Below, piece after piece: positions 58,572 to 64,000 of a DNA stretch of 64,000 bases (positions are counted from its first letter, which is position 1; every line of letters begins with the position of its first letter). Position numbers and translations under genes: made by a program. This stretch comes from Candidatus Zixiibacteriota bacterium (GTDB lineage Bacteria > Zixibacteria > MSB-5A5 > GN15 > FEB-12), in NCBI GenBank assembly GCA_034003725.1, contig JAVEYB010000002.1, positions 265,392 through 329,391 of the forward strand, read 5' to 3'. The notes under the pieces are model-generated. The model made no database searches and was not told the origin of the DNA. It worked only from the letters and a program-made list of their open reading frames with translations.

Positions 58572-58710
58572 CGAGGTCTTGTGAAGATCTCCGGACACCG
58601 TTTGCCTCGTACTTGATTGGGTTGACTCTTGTACCCGACAACCGGCCTGCGGGTTCGACAGGCCACTATGTGCTATAAGATAAGTATTGGCAACCCGCGA
58701 GTACAATTCG

Positions 58711-58741
58711 AAAAAAAACCGAAGCGCCCCCTCCGGGCGCT
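58711..58741 (-). terminator. rho-independent terminator of the yfiR-like gene
   Basis: Stem AGCGCCC/GGGCGCT (58723..58729 and 58735..58741) with a 5-nt loop. The A8 run at 58711..58718 reads as T8 on the minus strand. Confidence 0.6.
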
Positions 58742-58798
58742 CCGGTCCGCCTGACGAATTCCGTCTGCTCTAAAAGCCGGATAGGCTTTGACCGCCGG

Positions 58799-59341
58799 TC
58801 AGCCCTCCTCGATAATGCGCGCCAGTTTCAGAAACTTCGAACTGATCTTCAGATCCGCGTCTTTGACCTTGGGCAGGTTGACTTCGAACTTCTCCTTCGC
58901 CTTCGCGTCGACGTTGCGGATGAAGTTCACCATGACACCGGCCTGACCGAATCCTTCTGCGTCACCGACCGTCAGAATCGACTCGCTTTCGATCTTTCCG
59001 AGGATGGTCGCAAGCGTCGACTCGTCAGACGTAGTGATAAACATGACGTGAGTTCCGGAAAAGTCGCCGTCTTCGGCGAGGTGTTGGACTTTCGGCTTCG
59101 GTTCCAGAGCCGAGAAGTTGGCGATTTTCTGCAATTCCTCGAAGATCTTCGAGTCACCGACCACAGAGATGACCATGGACTCTCCGGCCGCCGGTCCCTG
59201 TCCTTCGGGCCAGCTCACATACTCCACGAGTTTGATCATCAGGGCAGCCTTATACGCGGCGACCGCCTGTTCGTCCGGTTGCGCCTGACTGACTGAGATC
59301 AGGCACAGCACGAATCCCACGATCGATACCATACGTCGCAT
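58799..59341 (-). CDS. YfiR-family (DUF4154) periplasmic protein
   Basis: Signal peptide MRRMVSIVGFVLCLISVSQA. It has LVEYVSWP...VISVVGD...ILTVGDAEGFGQAGVMVNF......F.VNL...K.A.LKISSKFLKLARI, the YfiR/DUF4154 pattern. GGGGAG SD. Confidence 0.78.
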   Translation of the reverse strand: MRRMVSIVGFVLCLISVSQAQPDEQAVAAYKAALMIKLVEYVSWPEGQGPAAGESMVISVVGDSKIFEELQKIANFSALEPKPKVQHLAEDGDFSGTHVMFITTSDESTLATILGKIESESILTVGDAEGFGQAGVMVNFIRNVDAKAKEKFEVNLPKVKDADLKISSKFLKLARIIEEG

Positions 59342-59653
59342 TGCTTACTCCCCTTCCAGCGCCCGCGACCACGGGCGCAGACCAGTCAATTCTACGGGCA
59401 GGCGCCTTGTCCGGTCCCGTTCCACTTCAACGGCATCGACAAGAGACGGGCAGTGATTAACGCCCGGACATAAATCGCGCGCCCGTTTGTCCGTAAATTG
59501 CGCAGTTCATTCCTGGCACCGGCCCGTGAACGGACCCGCCGGGATGATCACGGGAGGGGTTATTAAAGGGTTAGCGGCAATGTTCGATAACAGACATACA
59601 AGCTCGTGCGTAAAAACCGATTCGCTACTTCTATCTGCGAGGGAGGACCATTG

Positions 59654-61312
59654 ATGCGCCTGAGAGACCTGTCTATCGGATTTCGCCTGGCGGTGGGGAT
59701 CGTGACAACCACTACCGCACTGCTCGTCCTGACATCGATGGTTTACTACAACTTCCAGAAGGAAAGCATTGCCGACAGTCTGAAGGAGGAATTCCGGCTG
59801 CTGGCTGACATCGTATCCGAGAATAGCCGCCCTGCGGTAGAATTTGACGATACCGAAAGCGCCAACGAGATACTCGGTGCACTCTCACGTGACCAGAATG
59901 TCATGTGGGCTGCCCTCACCCTGTCCGACAACACAACCTTTGCATCGTATCTCGGCCAGGACCTTGCGGCGCTGCCCTCGTTGCCGGCCGAAGCGCGTAA
60001 GAAACCCTTGATGACCGATCACGCGCTCACGGTGTCCAGGGGAATAGAAAGCAACGGCAAGGAAATTGCCCGGCTCTGGATTCAGACGGATTTGAATGAT
60101 CTGCATCGGCGCAGCGGTTTCACACTGAAACTCATGATCGTGGTATCGATAGTCGGCTCGCTCATAGGGCTGCTCATGGCGTACATCTTCCAGCGCACGA
60201 TCACCCGGCCGATCAAGATGCTGCAGGGCGCCGGCTCGGCGCTCGCCCAGGGCGACATCTCTTTCAACGTGACTTACACCGGACGAGATGAGATCGGTGG
60301 TCTGGCCGAGGCGTTTCGAGCATCCCAGGAGTACCTGAGGGAGTTGGCGGATGCGGCGCGACGGATCGCTGACAACGATCTCACCGTGCGCGTCAAGCCA
60401 AAGTCGGAACAGGACGCGCTGGGGACATCGTTCTCGGTCATGGCGATGAATCTCTCCGGAATGGTACGCCAGCTGGCGGACAATGCCTCTCAGCTGGTCA
60501 CCGCCGCAAACCAGATCTCGTCGTCGTCGGAAGAGATGTCGCGGGGGGCACAGACACAGACAGATCAGATGTCGCAGGTCACCGCCGCCATAGAGGAGAT
60601 GAGTCAGACCATTATGGAATCGTCACAGAACGCCGGTGAAGCGAGCAGCGCCTCGGAAAACGCCTCGGAGGTCGCGCGTCAGGGCGGTGAGATCGTCAGC
60701 CGGACGATCCGGGAGATGCAACAGGTGAACGCAGTCGTCAGCGCTTCGGCCGACGCCATCCGCAAGCTGGCGACGTCGGCCGACGAAATCGGAAAAATCG
60801 TCTCCGTCATCGATGAGATATCCGACCAGACAAATCTGCTGGCACTGAATGCTGCTATCGAAGCGGCCCGCGCAGGAGAACAAGGACGGGGGTTCGCGGT
60901 CGTGGCCGACGAAGTTCGAAAACTTGCCGAGCGCACCGGCCGCGCCACCGGCGAAATCGCCTCGATGATCAAGACGATACAGGCCGAAACCGCCGATGCG
61001 GTATCATCGATGGAGGTCGGCATCTCTGAAGTCGGCAAAGGGCGCGAACTCGTGGATCAGGCCGGTGACAGCCTGACCGAAATCGTGGCAATTTCCCAGC
61101 GGGTCATGGATATGATCAGACACATCGCTGAGGCCGCCCAGGAACAGTCCAGCACGGCCGAAGAGATCTCCAAAAACGTTCAGAGTGTGGCCAATATCGC
61201 CCGCGATACCAGTTCCGGCGCGGACCAGTCCGCAGCGGCAGCAGAACAACTCCACCGTCAGGCCGAGAGTCTGCAACAAATGGTAGCACGATTTAAAGTC
61301 GCCAACTCCTGA
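59654..61312 (+). CDS. methyl-accepting chemotaxis protein with about 135-aa periplasmic sensor (CHASE8-like?) and HAMP
   Basis: GGGAGGA SD and ATG 59654. It has two TM helices and a HAMP region ([19 protein letters not shown]...). The MCP signalling domain has the hairpin core [41 protein letters not shown]. Confidence 0.92.
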   Translation: MRLRDLSIGFRLAVGIVTTTTALLVLTSMVYYNFQKESIADSLKEEFRLLADIVSENSRPAVEFDDTESANEILGALSRDQNVMWAALTLSDNTTFASYLGQDLAALPSLPAEARKKPLMTDHALTVSRGIESNGKEIARLWIQTDLNDLHRRSGFTLKLMIVVSIVGSLIGLLMAYIFQRTITRPIKMLQGAGSALAQGDISFNVTYTGRDEIGGLAEAFRASQEYLRELADAARRIADNDLTVRVKPKSEQDALGTSFSVMAMNLSGMVRQLADNASQLVTAANQISSSSEEMSRGAQTQTDQMSQVTAAIEEMSQTIMESSQNAGEASSASENASEVARQGGEIVSRTIREMQQVNAVVSASADAIRKLATSADEIGKIVSVIDEISDQTNLLALNAAIEAARAGEQGRGFAVVADEVRKLAERTGRATGEIASMIKTIQAETADAVSSMEVGISEVGKGRELVDQAGDSLTEIVAISQRVMDMIRHIAEAAQEQSSTAEEISKNVQSVANIARDTSSGADQSAAAAEQLHRQAESLQQMVARFKVANS

Positions 61313-61335
61313 GATCTTTTTGCGATAATGTTTTC

Positions 61336-61375
61336 GGGCGATGGCTCTTCAGAAAGCCGTCGCCCTCTGATTTTT
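61336..61375 (+). terminator. hairpin/terminator downstream of the MCP gene
   Basis: GGGCGATGGCT (61336..61346) pairs with AGCCGTCGCCC (61355..61365), an 11-bp stem with one G-U pair. A T5 run follows at 61371..61375. Confidence 0.45.
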
Positions 61376-61495
61376 CGGATCCCTATCAGCATTCTTCTCA
61401 TCTGCTGAACCAACCAACTTCTAGCAACCATCACTCTCCGTACCTGTTATCTTCCACCTACGCGAACTTAACTGATGTTACGCGGAGAGAAATCA

Positions 61496-62056
61496 ATGAG
61501 AAGGATCGCAATGCCAGCCGGCCTTGCGTTGTTGATCACGGCAACGGGGTGTTCGGATAGTAGAATCAGGTCCGATGTGCGTGATGGACGCGTCAATCGT
61601 GACAGGCGCTCGCTAGTCGGGTTGGACTCGATGCACATTTATGTGTCCAGCCATATAGAGGGACGGACGGCCGATGCCTCGACGTCCGACGTAACCGCCC
61701 ATTTGACCTCGCGCTTTGACCCGGCTGGACTGGCGATCACTCGTTCCGCATTCCTGTTGAATGCAGGGTATGTAAGCGTTTGGATAGACGGCTACTCGGC
61801 AGATACCCAGCCGGACAGTATCCTTCCACACAACTTCTTCGGTGCCCTGATGCAACTGGAACGCTATGTACAGATTCGTACTGCACGACCGCCCAAGGCC
61901 GAAGATGAGAGACTCAGCCCTGCGGCGACGTGGAAGAAATTTGGCTTGGGATCATGTCCGGTTGATTCACTCAACGAGTACACACGGCGTCTAATCGCGG
62001 CATGGACGGACACCCTTCTATTGGAATTTCAGGTCCAGCGCCAACCCGTGCATTAG
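61496..62056 (+). CDS. hypothetical lipoprotein
   Basis: GGAGAGA SD and ATG 61496 (MRRIAMPAGLALLITATGC, lipobox). No family was recognised. Confidence 0.68.
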   Translation: MRRIAMPAGLALLITATGCSDSRIRSDVRDGRVNRDRRSLVGLDSMHIYVSSHIEGRTADASTSDVTAHLTSRFDPAGLAITRSAFLLNAGYVSVWIDGYSADTQPDSILPHNFFGALMQLERYVQIRTARPPKAEDERLSPAATWKKFGLGSCPVDSLNEYTRRLIAAWTDTLLLEFQVQRQPVH

Positions 62057-62094
62057 ATATCCGAGCCTGAGTTGTCCGATACTGGTCAGTCGCA

Positions 62095-62262
62095 TCATGC
62101 GCCCACTATGTCAGCGATACGATCCGCGGCGGCCATCCCCGAGAGAAAGGCGCCTTCGATATCCTGCCCCCCGAACGCATCGCCGGCAAACGCGATCGGA
62201 GTGGGTCCGGGCAAACAGACAGTGGGTTCCGACGCCGACGAAAACACACCTGCTGTGTTTGT
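62095..62262 (-). pseudogene. possible remnant: C-terminal ~40 codons of an FAD-dependent amine-oxidase/desaturase-type oxidoreductase
   Basis: My own minus-strand translation gives ...VCLPGPTPIAFAGDAFGGQDIEGAFLSGMAAADRIADIVGA*. This is the typical C-terminal FAD-binding signature (.aGD....g.veGA..SG..AA..i). An in-frame TGA lies at 62265..62263 and no N-terminal part is recognisable. Confidence 0.3.
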
Positions 62263-62417
62263 TCAGATTGGATACCATGGCTATTTGCATTACTTCCTAA
62301 CGTCACGAAGCGATTTTCCAGCCATGAACAGAAGGCTGCGGTCAATCGTTTCTGCGCCGGGAATCACGTTGTATCAGAGGATGTGGAGTAAACGGGCGGT
62401 CCGCCTGCCGGGGAACC

Positions 62418-62873
62418 CTACCTATCGGGCGCCACCAGCTCCACTTTGATTCGATCAGGATCTTCGAAATAGACGGCGTAATGTTCGGGTCCGCCGGCGT
62501 AAGGGTGCAGGTCTTCGTAGAGAATCGTGGCACCCCGCCCTCGAAGCTGATTGGTCAGTTCGTCCACTGCCTTCCGGGAGTCAACATACAGGGCGATGTG
62601 GTTGAGCCCAACGCGACATCGATGATACGCCGGCTGGAGATGCTCTTCTTCGGCCTGAACAAAAACGAGGTAGGAATCTCCGAGCCGGTAGCTGAACCCG
62701 TGCTCCCATTGTTGGTATAGCGTATATCCAAGTCGCAACAGAAGCCACCGCCAGAATTCCTGACTGCGATCGAGGTCGCTTACGTACAGCTCTATATGAT
62801 GGATACGCCCGGCAATCGACTGCTTACCGCCGATCAGCCTCCCCGCCCTCTTCCCTTCGTGCTCCAGTCCCAC
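62418..62873 (-). CDS. VOC (glyoxalase/bleomycin-resistance/dioxygenase) family protein
   Basis: RIHHIELYVSDLDRSQEFW...GLNHIALYV...AVYFEDPDRIKVELV. GTG 62873 is the only canonical start upstream of the first beta-strand. It overlaps the dipeptidase 3' end by 50 nt. Confidence 0.78.
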   Translation of the reverse strand: MGLEHEGKRAGRLIGGKQSIAGRIHHIELYVSDLDRSQEFWRWLLLRLGYTLYQQWEHGFSYRLGDSYLVFVQAEEEHLQPAYHRCRVGLNHIALYVDSRKAVDELTNQLRGRGATILYEDLHPYAGGPEHYAVYFEDPDRIKVELVAPDR

Positions 62874-63939
62874 CCAGAACCGCCTTCAATACGCGAATCC
62901 AGTTCTCGATTGCGATCTTGCGGCAGCTGTCGTCGTCAAAACCGCGCTCCTTCAGTCTCCCTAATAATATCGGCAATCCGCTTGCGTCGCACAACTGCGA
63001 TGGAATCGTGGCGCCATCGAAATCCGAGCCGAGCGCAACGTGTTCGATCCCGATCCGGGAGGCTATGTGGGCAATGTGATCTACGATGCGGTCAATCGGC
63101 GTGTCCGGGTTCAGCGCCCCGTCTTCCCGGAGGTCGGCGACATGAAAGGTCACGCCGACCAGCCCGCCGGTTCGGCCGATCGTGTCCAACTGCTGATCAG
63201 TCAGATTCCTCGCAGACCGGCACAAAGCATGAGCCCCGGCATGAGATACGACCAGCGACTGAACGCTCTGCGCCGCCACATCATCAAAGCCCCTTTTCGT
63301 GATGTGGCTTAGGTCGACGAGAATCCCGAGTCGCTGACACGCTTCCACCAGCCTCCGCCCTGCCTTTGTCAGACCTGGGCCCGTGTCCGGAGAGGACGGG
63401 AACTTGAATGGAACTCCGTGGCCGAAAACGTTGGGCCGGCTCCACACCGGACCGATCGATCTCACCCCCAAGTCATACAATCGCTGCAGGTTAGAGAGGT
63501 CCTCGCAGACCGGCTCGGCCCCCTCAAGATGGATGATGATCCAAAACGTCTCGTCAGTCGCGAGGCGATCCAAATCTGCGGAAGTGCGGACAACTCTCAG
63601 TCTGCCGTGAGCTTTCCGCTCGAGAGCGTGCATCGCCTCCACCGCAACCAGGCCGAATTCTGCGGCGTACTCCGGATCCAGAGGCGCCGGCAGCGGTACC
63701 TCGTATCCGCCCGCTCGCCGAATCGCCCTGTCACGCGAGGACTCGTGTCCTCCCCAGCTCGGCGGCGTGCAAATAGCGCATAAGCCGCCGACCATTCCTG
63801 CCGCCCGGGCGCGGACGATGTCCATGTGCTTTGAACCCTGGCCCTCCAGGAAGGCCGACATATCCCTTTCGCCCTCAAAGAACCACTCGAGCAGCGAGTC
63901 GCTGTGGCCGTCAAAAACGGGAATCGGATTCCCCTGCAT
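62824..63939 (-). CDS. membrane (renal-type) dipeptidase, peptidase family M19
   Basis: PVFDGHSD...HLEGAEP......L..LY.LGVRSIGPVWSRPN...GLT.AG..LV..C..LGILVDLSH......DV.......LVVSHAGA...C...RNL.D.QL..I...GGLVGV.F....IVDHI.HI....G..HVALGSDFDG. GGAG SD. Confidence 0.9.
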   Translation of the reverse strand: MQGNPIPVFDGHSDSLLEWFFEGERDMSAFLEGQGSKHMDIVRARAAGMVGGLCAICTPPSWGGHESSRDRAIRRAGGYEVPLPAPLDPEYAAEFGLVAVEAMHALERKAHGRLRVVRTSADLDRLATDETFWIIIHLEGAEPVCEDLSNLQRLYDLGVRSIGPVWSRPNVFGHGVPFKFPSSPDTGPGLTKAGRRLVEACQRLGILVDLSHITKRGFDDVAAQSVQSLVVSHAGAHALCRSARNLTDQQLDTIGRTGGLVGVTFHVADLREDGALNPDTPIDRIVDHIAHIASRIGIEHVALGSDFDGATIPSQLCDASGLPILLGRLKERGFDDDSCRKIAIENWIRVLKAVLGGTGARREEGGEADRR

Positions 63940-64000
63940 TTATCGATCTCCTGTTCGCTCGAACGGGACCTCCGGCGGAGTCCTGTGTCCGGCCGCGGGC

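Noticed and set aside
58572-58706. The long form of the GNAT gene, with a TTG start at 58706.
   Set aside because: The extra 45 residues are low-complexity. The start lies 5 nt from the T-run of the upstream gene's terminator, which leaves no room for a promoter or SD. GTG 58571 gives a typical ~165-aa GNAT.
62072-62449. 125-aa plus-strand ORF in the gap between the lipoprotein and VOC genes.
   Set aside because: Its composition is Pro/Ala/Ser/Arg-rich and unlike a protein, and there is no SD. The region is better explained by the oxidoreductase remnant on the minus strand and the VOC gene 3' end.

Overview
This is a 64-kb window of a bacterial chromosome at roughly 60% GC. No transposase, integrase, phage or CRISPR genes were seen. 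All family calls come from reading motifs in the translations, because no database search was possible.

Layout:
- 0-11.2 kb, minus strand: a classic housekeeping run of proS, then rimP-nusA-infB-rbfA-DHH phosphoesterase-truB-ribF-rpsO-pnp. pnp is cut by the window start and is missing from the ORF track.
- 11.4-41.5 kb: tRNA-Arg, a secreted protein with four internal repeats, an FAD reductase, an Eis-like GNAT with a CoA-binding protein, a DAACS symporter, a BNR-propeller protein, a GldA/F/G-like ABC system with DUF4340, CcmF, a PPi-type PFK, a cohesin-like/dockerin-like protein, tRNA-Thr, lexA, an EF-G2-type paralog, a DtxR-family regulator, YceI, a SpoU methylase, a YiiX-like lipoprotein, a CPA1 antiporter and a TIG lipoprotein.
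- 41.6-46.8 kb, minus strand: a complete rRNA operon (16S-tRNAIle-tRNAAla-23S-5S) with duplicated boxA, processing stems and two tandem sigma70-like promoters.
- 47.6-53.8 kb: the most interesting locus. Two HesB/IscA-like paralogs bracket a lower-GC cassette of three secreted proteins (HEXXH metalloprotease-like, an orphan, and a C25 gingipain-like protein), ending at tRNA-His. One paralog has Cys at position 35. The other has an in-frame TGA at exactly that position, which makes it a candidate selenoprotein.
- 54-64 kb: a PEP-CTERM protein, an MshEN/REC-like/DUF4388 signalling protein, a PilZ protein, a GNAT, a YfiR-like protein divergent from a chemoreceptor, a lipoprotein, an FAD-oxidoreductase remnant, a VOC protein and an M19 dipeptidase.

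One theme recurs: three unrelated secreted proteins share a Cys-framed double dockerin-like C-terminal module, and one of them also carries a cohesin-like domain.
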